Counted from the stretch's first letter, positions 40,518 through 49,772 are shown. The stretch: 63,921 bases of DNA from a virus (IMGVR_UViG_3300045806_000080:1-63921), one strand, 5' to 3'. The notes: generated by a model from the letters alone, not told the origin. Translations and numbers: made by a program.

Positions 40518-42035
40518 TCAGCGCATGTGGTATTCGCTGCCCTGCGGCCTCGGCGGGGTGAACGCCTTGCCGCCCCGGTCGTCGCGCATCACGCCCTTGT
40601 GGAAGTAGCGGAGCCCGTAGCCAAAGGCGTCACCGGGATGGCTCCACTGGTTCTTCTCCGGGTCGGCGTCCTTTATCTGGTCCTTCTTGATGTCCATCGC
40701 GAAGCGCCAGCCGCCCTTCAGCGCGCGGACCAGCACCGGGCAGTGGATCGGGTCGATCAGCAGCGCCGGCCCGCCCTCGACCAGCGTCGAGCAATAGTGG
40801 TCGATCGCGTTCAGACGCAGCGGCAGGCGGTTGTTGGTCTCGATCTTGACGTTCTCGTTGCCGAACTCCGAACGGAAGGTGGCGACGATCGTCTTTTCGT
40901 CGTTGGCCGAGCGGTTGGCCGCCGCCGGGTCCGGGGCGAACATGAGCCGCGCCTCCGGGAACCGCTCGCGAACATAGGGGCGGAGCCGCTCGGTGATCAG
41001 GCGCTTGGCCCCGTAGCCGCTCTGGACCAGCTCTCCGAGCACCACGATGCGCCCGAACAGGTCCTGCTGCATGAAGATCAGCGCCGAGCCTGCCAGGCCT
41101 GGGTCGAGCCCGACGATGAGGCGCAGGTGGCGGTTGAAGCGCAGCTCGCGCGGGGCGACGTGCAACTCGGGCCGGAAGGTCTTGACCACCGCGGTGCCGC
41201 CGACGCTGAAGCCCCACTCTGCGTCGATGAACTGCTTGACCCACTCCTTCGACTTCCCCTTCGCCAGGTTCTTGTAGTAGCCCTTGGGCAGGTGCTCGAT
41301 GTTCTCAGCGTCCGGGGCCGTGCCTGACGGCTGGTGGTAGTACCAGGAGCTGATGTCCTCCGGGACGTGCTCGAACGCCTCGTAGGCGGCCTGGGCCTCG
41401 TCGGTGCCGGGGAACTTGACCTGGACGCTGCCGGCCCACTCGCCAGTGTCGGCGTTCAGCTTGCCGTGCAGGTCGTCGAACCACCAGTTGTCCTCGGTGC
41501 CTGGGTTGGACGCGCCCCACATCCCGTAATTGGTGCAGCCGACGTCGCCAGGCGGCTTGTAGCGCCCGAGCCGCCCCGAGAGGCCCTCGATGATCTTCCG
41601 CGGAATTTCGACGAACTCGTCGATCAGGGCGAAGGTGATCTCCAGGCCGAGCACGCGGGTGACGTCGGCCGGCGTATCGAGCGCTCGGAACAGCACCTCG
41701 CACTCGACGTCACCGTAGCGCAGCGTGAACTTGTTCTCGCTCGCCTTCCACTCGCCAGCTACCCCGTCCTGGAACCAGTAATTCCAGGATACGAGGGTGT
41801 TGTCACGGAGCTGGGGAAAGGTGTTGCGGACGACGACGGCGCGTGAGTAGCGTATGCCGTCCGGGCTTTTGACCTGCATGCTGGCCATGAAGACCAGCTT
41901 GAAAAACATCCCCGTGGTCTTGGCCGAACCGAACGGTCCAACGATCCAGGTGTAGAACAGCTCGTCCGGCACATAGCGTTTGATGTACGCTTTGACGATC
42001 TCCGGGGGCTTGTAGTTTATGACGCTGGTGGTCAT
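40518..42035 (-). CDS. terL: Terminase large subunit
   Basis: GPFGSAKT Walker A, LIDE Walker B, ASNP, VGLDPG nuclease motif, SHPGDAFGY. Confidence 0.93.
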   Translation of the reverse strand: MTTSVINYKPPEIVKAYIKRYVPDELFYTWIVGPFGSAKTTGMFFKLVFMASMQVKSPDGIRYSRAVVVRNTFPQLRDNTLVSWNYWFQDGVAGEWKASENKFTLRYGDVECEVLFRALDTPADVTRVLGLEITFALIDEFVEIPRKIIEGLSGRLGRYKPPGDVGCTNYGMWGASNPGTEDNWWFDDLHGKLNADTGEWAGSVQVKFPGTDEAQAAYEAFEHVPEDISSWYYHQPSGTAPDAENIEHLPKGYYKNLAKGKSKEWVKQFIDAEWGFSVGGTAVVKTFRPELHVAPRELRFNRHLRLIVGLDPGLAGSALIFMQQDLFGRIVVLGELVQSGYGAKRLITERLRPYVRERFPEARLMFAPDPAAANRSANDEKTIVATFRSEFGNENVKIETNNRLPLRLNAIDHYCSTLVEGGPALLIDPIHCPVLVRALKGGWRFAMDIKKDQIKDADPEKNQWSHPGDAFGYGLRYFHKGVMRDDRGGKAFTPPRPQGSEYHMR

Positions 42036-42048
42036 GGCGCATCGCCGA

Positions 42049-42162
42049 TCACTCGTCCTCGTCCCGGCGGTCGTCCTTCGCGATCCCCCACAGGGACCCG
42101 ACGACGCTGACGACGAAGGTGAGGAGCACGTAGACGCCGAGCCCGTAGATGAAGATGGTCAT
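42049..42162 (-). CDS. Small membrane peptide
   Basis: MTIFIYGLGVYVLLTFVVSVVGSLWGIAKDDRRDEDE. Confidence 0.45.
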   Translation of the reverse strand: MTIFIYGLGVYVLLTFVVSVVGSLWGIAKDDRRDEDE

Positions 42163-42282
42163 CGGGTCCCCCGTGTCGCTCTGAGGTAGTTCGTCCACAG
42201 CTCGCTCGGTGCGAGCCAGGAGCTGGCCCAGATGCTGAAGACCGCGATCGGCCAGACGCGCCAGAAGACGAGCGGCACGGCG

Positions 42283-42606
42283 TCAGACCTTGCTGACGAT
42301 GGTCTGGACGGCGCTCTCAGCCTTGGAGACGGCGCTCTCGGCTTTGGAAACCGACGCACGCACCGACTTCGTCCCCTTGCCCAGTCTGGCCAGCAGCCCT
42401 GGGACGTACTTCTGGTAGAGGACCACGACGGCGACGCCGAGAGCGAAGATGCCGCCGAACATTAGCACGCGCTCGACGAGATCGAGCGACGGCAGGTAGC
42501 CGGAGACGTCGGGGAGGGTAGACCTGGAGCCGGCCTCCCTGAGCGCGTCGACGGACTTGGTAAGCGCGGCGAGAGCCGGGGTGACGTCCGGGCAGGCGTA
42601 GGTCAT
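42283..42606 (-). CDS. Single-TM membrane protein
   Basis: Hydrophobic segment; VSKAESA repeat. Confidence 0.6.
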   Translation of the reverse strand: MTYACPDVTPALAALTKSVDALREAGSRSTLPDVSGYLPSLDLVERVLMFGGIFALGVAVVVLYQKYVPGLLARLGKGTKSVRASVSKAESAVSKAESAVQTIVSKV

Positions 42607-42617
42607 GGCCGGCGCTC

Positions 42618-42824
42618 CTACTTGGCGGCTTCGACGAGGGCGTTGGTCGCGTTCGCCACGGCGTTCGCCACGGCGTTGAGCCGCGCGACGTGCTGCGTGA
42701 TCACAGCCTCTTTGCCCTGGTGGGTCTTCACGATATCGGACGCCGAGGCTGCGGCGGCACCGAGCGCGTTCGCCGCTGCTTCGAGCCGGGAGGCGATGTT
42801 GTTGAGGTCGTCGATGGCGGGCAT
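42618..42824 (-). CDS. Small Ala-rich helical protein
   Basis: ORF behind a predicted promoter. Confidence 0.6.
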   Translation of the reverse strand: MPAIDDLNNIASRLEAAANALGAAAASASDIVKTHQGKEAVITQHVARLNAVANAVANATNALVEAAK

Positions 42825-42858
42825 TGGTGCGAACCCCTGCGCCTGAGTGGCGGAGGTA

Positions 42859-42887
42859 TTTATACGCCCGGCTATCTACACTGACAA
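42859..42887 (-). promoter_or_regulatory. Predicted promoter TTGTCA-N17-TATAAA
   Basis: Motif copies at 42877 and 42895. Confidence 0.7.
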
Positions 42888-42931
42888 GCGACGCAACACT
42901 GACAAGTAGGTGGTGCCCCTGCCCGATTTCT

Positions 42932-43060
42932 TCACGCTGCCTTCTGCGGGAACGCGGGGTTGGCGATCGCGCGGCTCCACTCGCTGAGCGACCCGCTCCA
43001 CACGAGGGCGGTGCCTACCCAGACTTCGATGGTGTCGTCTCCGCGGACGATCTTGAGCAT
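42932..43060 (-). CDS. Small hypothetical protein
   Basis: 42-aa ORF MLKIVRGDDTIEVW. Confidence 0.45.
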   Translation of the reverse strand: MLKIVRGDDTIEVWVGTALVWSGSLSEWSRAIANPAFPQKAA

Positions 43061-43063
43061 GGC

Positions 43064-43300
43064 CTACTTCTCCGAGCCGAAGCGGGCGGCGGCGTTCGCC
43101 TTGGCCTTGCCGACAGCCCAGGCCGCGTTCACGTCGTCGAGCACCTGCTCCCGCACCTTGCGGTAGACGAAGGTGCATTTGCGCTTCCAGCCGACCTCGT
43201 AGCCGGTGGTGAAGCCGAGCATGAAGACGACGAACAGGGTCGCGATCACCGCGTAGGCGCGGATGGACGCGGGGTCTGCACTGAGGCTGATCGGTTCCAC
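43064..43300 (-). CDS. Single-TM membrane protein
   Basis: GTG start with GGGAG RBS; TM segment. Confidence 0.55.
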   Translation of the reverse strand: MEPISLSADPASIRAYAVIATLFVVFMLGFTTGYEVGWKRKCTFVYRKVREQVLDDVNAAWAVGKAKANAAARFGSEK

Positions 43301-43339
43301 GAGGCTGCTCCCTGCCCTGTTATCGGGCGTTACGGAGCA

Positions 43340-43368
43340 GTCATACCCTCGGATCAGTACACTGACAA
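43340..43368 (-). promoter_or_regulatory. Predicted promoter TTGTCA-N17-TATGAC
   Basis: Motif at 43358-43367. Confidence 0.6.
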
Positions 43369-43551
43369 GATGGTGGGTTCCTCGCGAGGTTCTAACGAGG
43401 CCCGTCTTTCGACACGTCGCTTGTGCACTGCTTTCCCGGCGACTCAGGAGCGTCCGTCGATGCACTTCGGACCCAAGCCCCTACCCAATTTCTTCACGCG
43501 ACGGTTTGAACCAGTCGTCGGGACCGAGGGCGCGGTGCGGCCTTTGGGCCT

Positions 43552-43776
43552 TTAGGTGCGCCAGGTGGCGGCCTTCACAGCCCACATCTGTGCGTCGAGG
43601 GCTCTCATCTTCGCCTCGAAGATGATGTCTGCATGGTCGACGTCGCGCGGCACCATGGCTTCGACGCAGTCGATCACCTCGGCGCACTTGCCCTTGAGGT
43701 GCGCCACCATCCGGTCGCCGGACGGGTTGAAAGTCATGCCGACAAGCCGGCCGCCGTGCGTCAGTTCTTCGCTCAT
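43552..43776 (-). CDS. Acb2/Tad1-like helical hairpin protein (candidate)
   Basis: G..VG.TFNPSG..V..LK...A..ID...A.MWAVKAAT. Confidence 0.5.
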   Translation of the reverse strand: MSEELTHGGRLVGMTFNPSGDRMVAHLKGKCAEVIDCVEAMVPRDVDHADIIFEAKMRALDAQMWAVKAATWRT

Positions 43777-43780
43777 GGTG

Positions 43781-44215
43781 TCACCCGAGGTTGATGTTGA
43801 TCTGTAGCGCGTTGCTCGCGATCGCCTTGCCGGAGGCGGCGGCCTTCTGCTCCACTGACGCGTCGAGCCCCGCCACCCGCACCACGAACTTCATGATGTC
43901 GGCCTGCACGTTCGCCGGCACGTCCTTGAGGTCGCCGTTCGCCAGCGTCCACAGCCTGGAGAGGAACATCTCTGCCATGGTGCGCGCCTTGGCCTTGAAG
44001 GAGCCACCCTCCGCCTGGACGATCTTGAGCGCCTCCGCGCACGCCATCTGGAACAACTCGTTGGTGCGCAGCGCCTCCCACTCGGGGCGGCTCAGTCCGT
44101 AGCTCTCGCACACCTCGCGGATGGTGCCGGTGCGCGCGGCCAGCTCCAGCGGGAGGCTCGGCGGGAAGCCGAGGTCCGTTGGGTCTTTGTCCAGGAGGGC
44201 GAGCGACGTGGCCAT
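43781..44215 (-). CDS. Probable terminase small subunit
   Basis: First gene of late operon; HTH-like N-terminus; C-terminal LQININLG strand. Confidence 0.6.
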   Translation of the reverse strand: MATSLALLDKDPTDLGFPPSLPLELAARTGTIREVCESYGLSRPEWEALRTNELFQMACAEALKIVQAEGGSFKAKARTMAEMFLSRLWTLANGDLKDVPANVQADIMKFVVRVAGLDASVEQKAAASGKAIASNALQININLG

Positions 44216-44776
44216 GTCAGTGTAGGTAGCACGTCGATCCACATAAGAAAAGGCGGGGGCGGGTAGCGGGGCACCGTTGCGATCGGTCCTTCTTTGATCT
44301 ACCGGCGTCCGGCTGCTGATCCTAGTCGGCCCGCAGGAGGCTCACGGTTTGTTCGCGAGCACTGAAAATCGTTTACGGGTGAACAGCGAACAACGCAACA
44401 CCTCGGACGTCCGCTCACTAAATAAACCCGTGCGACGTATCCGCGAAACGTGTTGTGTTGTCAGCGCCTTACGTCTGTCAGTGAAATCACCTACACCGCA
44501 GAAAAAGGACCAGGGGCCGTTTACGTAAACGGCCCCTGGCCAAGGTGGCCCTCGGCCCAGCATGCGGATCAGCGACATGCCCAGCTCTGTGAGGGCGACG
44601 GGCCGATATAGCACCAGACGCCCCCTCACAACAGTGCGTCAGGCTATCAGTGGCACATATGCTAGAGTCTAATTTCAAGACTTTGTATTGTATCCGTGGG
44701 GAAATTAGCCAAAATTTCATATGGGACCATGGACCCACCCACCCCTATTGAAATCTTTCCCCCCCTCGGCCCCCTG

Positions 44777-44851
44777 CCTCCCCAATAAAAGAATGCTTCT
44801 CTATAGTAGCCCTCCCCAATAAAAGAATGCTTCTCTATAGTAGCCCTCCCC
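44777..44851. repeat. 34-bp tandem repeat (2.2 copies)
   Basis: CCTCCCCAATAAAAGAATGCTTCTCTATAGTAGC twice, then CCTCCCC. Confidence 0.95.
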
Positions 44852-44992
44852 TGCCCTATGCGCCCGGCGTGCGCGCTAGGCGTCCCGATTAACGCGTTAA
44901 TCGAAGCCGGCAAGTCAGGGGAAATAGACCGCGAGACATGCTAATCTTGTTTTGTCAATCGGGATGGCCCGGTTGCTTCATTGGAGTGTGTC

Positions 44993-45745
44993 ATGACTGC
45001 TATCAATCTCTCGACGTTCGCCCCTGTGTCTTTGGACAAGGCTTTGGAATTGGTTCTCGACACGGCTCGCAATGAACAGACGTTTGCCGACGCGTCGCGC
45101 GGCGCTTTGAAGGCCGCGATCGCTTTCCTCAATGTTCCTCAGTGCGAGAAAGACGCGACTGTGTCGGCCGAAGACGAACAGCGCCTTTCGCCGATCTTTG
45201 ACGAATACATGACTGGCCGTCTCATGGGCGGATGCGGCATTGAGGAAAGCGCCGCGCGCTTGCAGTTGAGCTTGCAGCCGTATTTCTTCGCCGCGCCGGA
45301 AAAGAACAGCGACAAAAACCGGACCGAACGGGCGCAACGCGTGCTCAACTCCGCTCGCGTCACGCTTTCCCGCATCCGTGCGGCGTTCAACATTCCCGCT
45401 ATGAAGACGTCTCGCAAGCCGCGTCCAGAAGGAAACGCGACGCACGCCAAACCCGAGGATTTGGCGCACGGTTCCAGCCTCCCGACTTCGATTGCGTCGG
45501 CCACGGTTCCCCACGTCAAGACCATTGGCGACGCGAACGACTGGTTGAAAGACCTTGACGTCAAGGTCAACGACTTCGAACGCGTGAACGCCAAGGTCAT
45601 CATCGGCGACGCTGGCGAAGTGTTGCGGGAAACGTTCGCCGCTTTCCACGCTGGCATTGCCAAGGCTCGCGCGATCATGAGCGATCCGAGGGCAGCGCAG
45701 ATTGCGGCGCTGCAAGCGCAACTGGCCAAGTTGATGACCGCGTAA
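44993..45745 (+). CDS. Isolated early protein of unknown function
   Basis: GGAG RBS; extended -10 TGCTAATCT upstream; two terminators downstream. Confidence 0.75.
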   Translation: MTAINLSTFAPVSLDKALELVLDTARNEQTFADASRGALKAAIAFLNVPQCEKDATVSAEDEQRLSPIFDEYMTGRLMGGCGIEESAARLQLSLQPYFFAAPEKNSDKNRTERAQRVLNSARVTLSRIRAAFNIPAMKTSRKPRPEGNATHAKPEDLAHGSSLPTSIASATVPHVKTIGDANDWLKDLDVKVNDFERVNAKVIIGDAGEVLRETFAAFHAGIAKARAIMSDPRAAQIAALQAQLAKLMTA

Positions 45746-45762
45746 TCCAAACTGACGAAACT

Positions 45763-45790
45763 AAGGCCGCTCTTGCGAGCGGCCTTTTTT
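45763..45790 (+). terminator. Intrinsic terminator 1
   Basis: AAGGCCGCTC-ttgc-GAGCGGCCTTTTTT. Confidence 0.9.
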
Positions 45791-45804
45791 ATTGCCTTTG
45801 ACAT

Positions 45805-45836
45805 AGCCGTCAGCCGCGAGGCTTGGCGGCTTTTTT
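45805..45836 (+). terminator. Intrinsic terminator 2
   Basis: AGCCGTCAGCC-gcga-GGCTTGGCGGCT-TTTTT. Confidence 0.85.
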
Positions 45837-46021
45837 GTGCGCTTTGCAGGTTCGATTAACGCGTTAATCCGGCCGTAGCTCATAACCCAACGATATCAAT
45901 TGCAGCGCGCCCGAGCTAGTCCCCGTTAGCTCATGACACCAATGAAATCAAGCGTCGCAGTAGTTGGCGATCATACGCGTAGCCGGCGTTGCTCGTGCTC
46001 CTACCAGCCAAGTGCATGATA

Positions 46022-46221
46022 TCGTAACCAATAAGTTACCTGATACACTTATATATATGTTTTGACAATATACATATCCCCGTCAGGTAACTTTTGAGCC
46101 TTGGCCACTTATTACAACACTCCTGCCGTATCCCCCCTAAACACCTTATCCTATTCTCCATGGGGGGACTTGTATGTTGGAAAACGACCCATAAGTTAAT
46201 CAGGTAACTTATTGGTTACGA
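46022..46221. repeat. 23-bp perfect inverted repeat around an AT-rich core (candidate origin)
   Basis: TCGTAACCAATAAGTTACCTGAT at 46022-46044; reverse complement at 46199-46221. Confidence 0.85.
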
Positions 46222-46386
46222 CATCAACGCCTTGCGCGTATGACGCATCCGCTGTGTGCTGAAATAAACTAGCTCGTTCTCGCTAAGTGCAGCGTTTGCA
46301 CTTGCGGCGCGATTTCCCCTGAGAAATCAATGTCAGTGTCCAGAGCTAACGTCGCTCGATTAGCGCGTTAACGCACTGACACCCCC

Positions 46387-46415
46387 TTGACGTACACTGA
46401 CGATGGGTCTATGTC
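46387..46415 (+). promoter_or_regulatory. Promoter TTGACG-N17-TATGTC within a cluster of four CACTGAC motifs
   Basis: Motif copies at 46331, 46373, 46393, 46412. Confidence 0.65.
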
Positions 46416-46446
46416 AGTGCAATCAACCGGATAGGAGCACGAGCAA

Positions 46447-47106
46447 GTGAGCGAGGACAGGCAGCACTCCCGGTACGCCGGGCCAGATAGGCACACATGG
46501 CTCAAGACGGGCGAGCGCGTCCATAAGGGCCAGCGATGGTTCGTCGTCACGCCAGCCTACAAGCCCACGACAGTGACATGGACCCGCGGGGATCAGGCGT
46601 GGGCCGTGTCGATGGACTTCTTCGTGGAGCGTGTGCAGCCGCTCAACCAAGCGCGCCTCGTGTCTCTGGCGAAGCTGAGGCGCGGCCGGCTCGGGCTGGA
46701 GGCGAACGCCGAGCCAGAGACAGAGGCCGAGCTGTGCAACAGGCTGCTGCAAAGCCTGTTCCGTAACCCGAGCAACCAGCGCCTCCAGCGCCTGTTCGCG
46801 TTCATCGAGCAGCAGGATCACTTCGGCTGGTCGGATACCTGGGAGACGCCATCCATCGAGGCAGCGTCTCTGCCCATGCGCTGGTTGTCCGCGTGGCACA
46901 ACGACAACCGCCGCGGTGCCCAAGGCACGCAGGGCGTGGGGGCGTTCTCGCAGAGGGCGTATGACCACCTCCGAGCAGACGCCAACCGCGCCGGGCGGGC
47001 GGAGCTTGGCCTTGAGACGCGGGAGTTGCGCCGCATCTACACGGCCGGCTGCCCTTGCGCGTATTGCAAAGCACAGGCGCGCACGCTGATGGCTGAGGCA
47101 GCGTAA
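46447..47106 (+). CDS. Hypothetical protein (candidate regulator)
   Basis: AGGAG RBS; C-terminal CPCAYC. Confidence 0.65.
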   Translation: MSEDRQHSRYAGPDRHTWLKTGERVHKGQRWFVVTPAYKPTTVTWTRGDQAWAVSMDFFVERVQPLNQARLVSLAKLRRGRLGLEANAEPETEAELCNRLLQSLFRNPSNQRLQRLFAFIEQQDHFGWSDTWETPSIEAASLPMRWLSAWHNDNRRGAQGTQGVGAFSQRAYDHLRADANRAGRAELGLETRELRRIYTAGCPCAYCKAQARTLMAEAA

Positions 47107-47154
47107 TCTGCAAATCCTATCAGGTCCGTGACTGGTTTGATCCACATCCCGGAC

Positions 47155-47183
47155 TTGACTTATCCCCTTCCCTGTGCTATTAT
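47155..47183 (+). promoter_or_regulatory. Strong sigma70-type early promoter
   Basis: TTGACT-N17-TATTAT. Confidence 0.85.
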
Positions 47184-47270
47184 ACAATCTACCGGAGGCC
47201 CTGACCTACAGGGCGACGGCAACTAGGCTCGATTAACACGTTAATCAGAGCCCAAACGAAGGATCAGAAC

Positions 47271-47537
47271 ATGGGCAAGCCGATGACAACCGAAGACAAG
47301 CGTTGGCTCAAGGTCATGGCGCAGCGCGAAATCACGAGCAGCCGGAATAACCCGCTCTCCGGCGAGTTCTTCCTCAACTCGGTTGACCCCGATGGCTACA
47401 AGGAGCGCGTCGAGTGCCTCACCCTCGTGGAGGCGTTGCACTGCTTGGACGGCATGCTCTTTGAGCAGGACCCGTACATGGGCTGCATCAGCAACGCGTG
47501 GGGCGACGCCGCCAAGGGCATCCTCAATCATCGTTGA
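47271..47537 (+). CDS. Early hypothetical protein
   Basis: Palindrome + AGGATCAG leader. Confidence 0.7.
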   Translation: MGKPMTTEDKRWLKVMAQREITSSRNNPLSGEFFLNSVDPDGYKERVECLTLVEALHCLDGMLFEQDPYMGCISNAWGDAAKGILNHR

Positions 47538-47565
47538 TTAACACGTTAATCCAAGGACACACACG

Positions 47566-47928
47566 ATGGCCAAGCCCATCAACCTCAGCCTCATCGCTCA
47601 GCGCATGCGCCACGACGCGGCGGCCGAGAAGCAGCGCGAGCTGGATGCCTTCCGTCTTCGCCGCGATCGCGACGAGGCGTACCGCATGGAGCGTGAGCGG
47701 GCGATCGCTGGCGAGTGCTTCCTCCGCGCCATCAAGAGCGCCGAGTTCCCGACCACGCACACGGCGGCCAGCCGTGCGCTCCCCAAGCACGAGCGGCCAC
47801 ACCCGAGCGACGCCGGACAGCGTGCGTTCGTGTCGAACTGCATTACCGCGGAAGACTGTGCCCAGACGCGGCACCCCAAGAACATCCGCGCACACCGCGT
47901 CGGCTCCCCCGTCTGGGGCCTCGCCTGA
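47566..47928 (+). CDS. Early hypothetical protein
   Basis: Palindrome + AAGGA leader. Confidence 0.65.
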   Translation: MAKPINLSLIAQRMRHDAAAEKQRELDAFRLRRDRDEAYRMERERAIAGECFLRAIKSAEFPTTHTAASRALPKHERPHPSDAGQRAFVSNCITAEDCAQTRHPKNIRAHRVGSPVWGLA

Positions 47929-48104
47929 GCAACCAGCTAATCCAAGGAGTTTGTCATGCTTATCGTCCTGTTTCATCGCCTCCTCAGCGGCTCGCGTCAG
48001 GTGCAGTACGATGCGCATCTTTGGGCCTACTTGTATGGCACGAGCATCTAGCTGACTGGCAACCAATCGGGATTAACCCGTTAATCGAGAGAAGGATCAG
48101 CACC

Positions 48105-48287
48105 ATGTTGAATACGCAGACGCAGCCCAAGGGCTTCACCTACCGCATCGACTATTCGTGCGGCGAGGCGCGCAACCAGACGCGCTTCATCCACGGCGCG
48201 GTGTGCGCCAAGCACGCTCGCCTCATGTTCCGCGACATCCCGTGGATGACGCTGGCGATCATCAACTCGAACAAGCGCGTTGGCTAA
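48105..48287 (+). CDS. Early hypothetical protein
   Basis: Palindrome + AGGATCAG leader. Confidence 0.65.
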   Translation: MLNTQTQPKGFTYRIDYSCGEARNQTRFIHGAVCAKHARLMFRDIPWMTLAIINSNKRVG

Positions 48288-48298
48288 GGAGAACCACC

Positions 48299-48445
48299 AT
48301 GAGCGTAGCACAGTCGAGAGGCGCGGCCCGCAGGATGCGCGATCGGTACGGACGCGGGTCATTCCGCACCATCGGCGACATCGTCGCCAGCGACCGGCGC
48401 AAGGCCGCGCGCGCCGCCAGCATATCGAAGCCGAAGAAGGGCTGA
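48299..48445 (+). CDS. Small basic protein
   Basis: AAGGAG RBS; Arg/Lys-rich. Confidence 0.55.
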   Translation: MSVAQSRGAARRMRDRYGRGSFRTIGDIVASDRRKAARAASISKPKKG

Positions 48446-48533
48446 GCTGACCAGATGCCGCGAGGGACGCGCGGCATCGAGTGAGCCCAAGCATGGCTCC
48501 CCGGATTAACGGGTTAATCGAGAGGATCAGATC

Positions 48534-48926
48534 ATGGGACAGCGACATCACAACGCGATCGGCATCGCCGGGGGCGCGTGCAACCCGCTCGCCATATCAA
48601 ACGCAATCGCTCGTGGATGCCACGAGATCATGGACAACCCGGCGGGCTACGCAGGCACCGACGCCATCACCAGCGACCCGGCGATCAAGCTGATGACGAG
48701 CCAGCTCGCCTACATCACAGGCGTCTGGTCCGGCGTGTCGAACTTCTCGAAGGGCGCGGACTTCCGCGACTGCCTGACGGCGTGTCGCAACGAGGTCGCG
48801 AGCGAGCCGACCAAGAGCGACCTCATGCATGAGGCGGCCGAGGCGCGAGGCGTGCCGGTCGTGGACATCAGGATGATCCAGTTCGACGGCGCGGACCTGA
48901 GTGGCTTCCCGACGATCGACCCGTGA
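48534..48926 (+). CDS. Early hypothetical protein
   Basis: Palindrome + AGGATCAG leader; GACNP...DPA...QLA. Confidence 0.7.
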   Translation: MGQRHHNAIGIAGGACNPLAISNAIARGCHEIMDNPAGYAGTDAITSDPAIKLMTSQLAYITGVWSGVSNFSKGADFRDCLTACRNEVASEPTKSDLMHEAAEARGVPVVDIRMIQFDGADLSGFPTIDP

Positions 48927-48976
48927 CGTCAACCGCAGTACACTGACATCAAGTCAGGACTGGAAGGATCAGCACC

Positions 48977-49504
48977 ATGAAACGATACCTCCTTGCCGCC
49001 ACCATCCTCGCGGCCCTCTCGACGCCGAGCGCGGCCTCGCTCGTCAGCTTCACGTTCGCCGGGCCGTTCGGCTCGGGCTCGATCAACGGACGCGTGGTCG
49101 TGGATGTCGAGGGCGGGCTCGCCACGTCAGGCACCGCCACCATGCAGGGCTGGGGCATCGACGGCACGCAGACGCTGGCGCTCGTGACGCCGGCCGGCGC
49201 GGTCTACCGCTCGGGCAACGGCACCGACATCTGGGACGGCGACAACCGCGTGCCGATCACATGGGGCGGCATCGTGTTCGGAACCAACGCGGCCACGTCC
49301 GGGTCCGGTGGTTACAACCTCGGCATATGGGCCGAGACGCCGGCCACCTACCGCGGCTTCGCGTCTGGACCTGGCCTCTGGTCGTACACTGGCGAGCTGT
49401 CGGTCAACCCGATCCCCGAGCTGTCGACATGGGCGATGTTCGCCATCGGCGCGGCGGCGATCGCGTTCACCGGCTATCGCAAGCCCGCGCGCTACGCCCT
49501 CTGA
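48977..49504 (+). CDS. PEP-CTERM (PEPxxWA-type) exported surface protein
   Basis: Signal peptide; C-terminal IPELSTWAM + TM helix + basic tail GYRK. Confidence 0.85.
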   Translation: MKRYLLAATILAALSTPSAASLVSFTFAGPFGSGSINGRVVVDVEGGLATSGTATMQGWGIDGTQTLALVTPAGAVYRSGNGTDIWDGDNRVPITWGGIVFGTNAATSGSGGYNLGIWAETPATYRGFASGPGLWSYTGELSVNPIPELSTWAMFAIGAAAIAFTGYRKPARYAL

Positions 49505-49583
49505 AGGGACACTCGCATGCGGCGGAACCCCGAGCGCGACCTGTACGCAGGCGCGCTGGCGAGCGCCATGGAGGCCATTCGCC

Positions 49584-49772
49584 ATGCCAACTACTACGAC
49601 AAACGCGCTTGCGCACTGGCGCGACCGCGTTCCGGCTCCGGGGCAAAAGCCCCGTCCGTGCCCGTATTGCGGACATAGCTACATCATGCCCTGCAACGAG
49701 CAGCAACACGCTGCTTGCCAGAACTTCACCCACAAACGCGTCCCGATTAACGCGTTAATCAAGGAGACTTAG
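49584..49772 (+). CDS. Small Zn-finger-like protein
   Basis: GGAGG upstream; CPYC...C...C. Confidence 0.5.
   Translation: MPTTTTNALAHWRDRVPAPGQKPRPCPYCGHSYIMPCNEQQHAACQNFTHKRVPINALIKET

Noticed and set aside
45750-45765. Hammerhead ribozyme (CTGACGAAAC)
   Set aside because: No stem II between CUGANGA and GAAA, and no flanking stems
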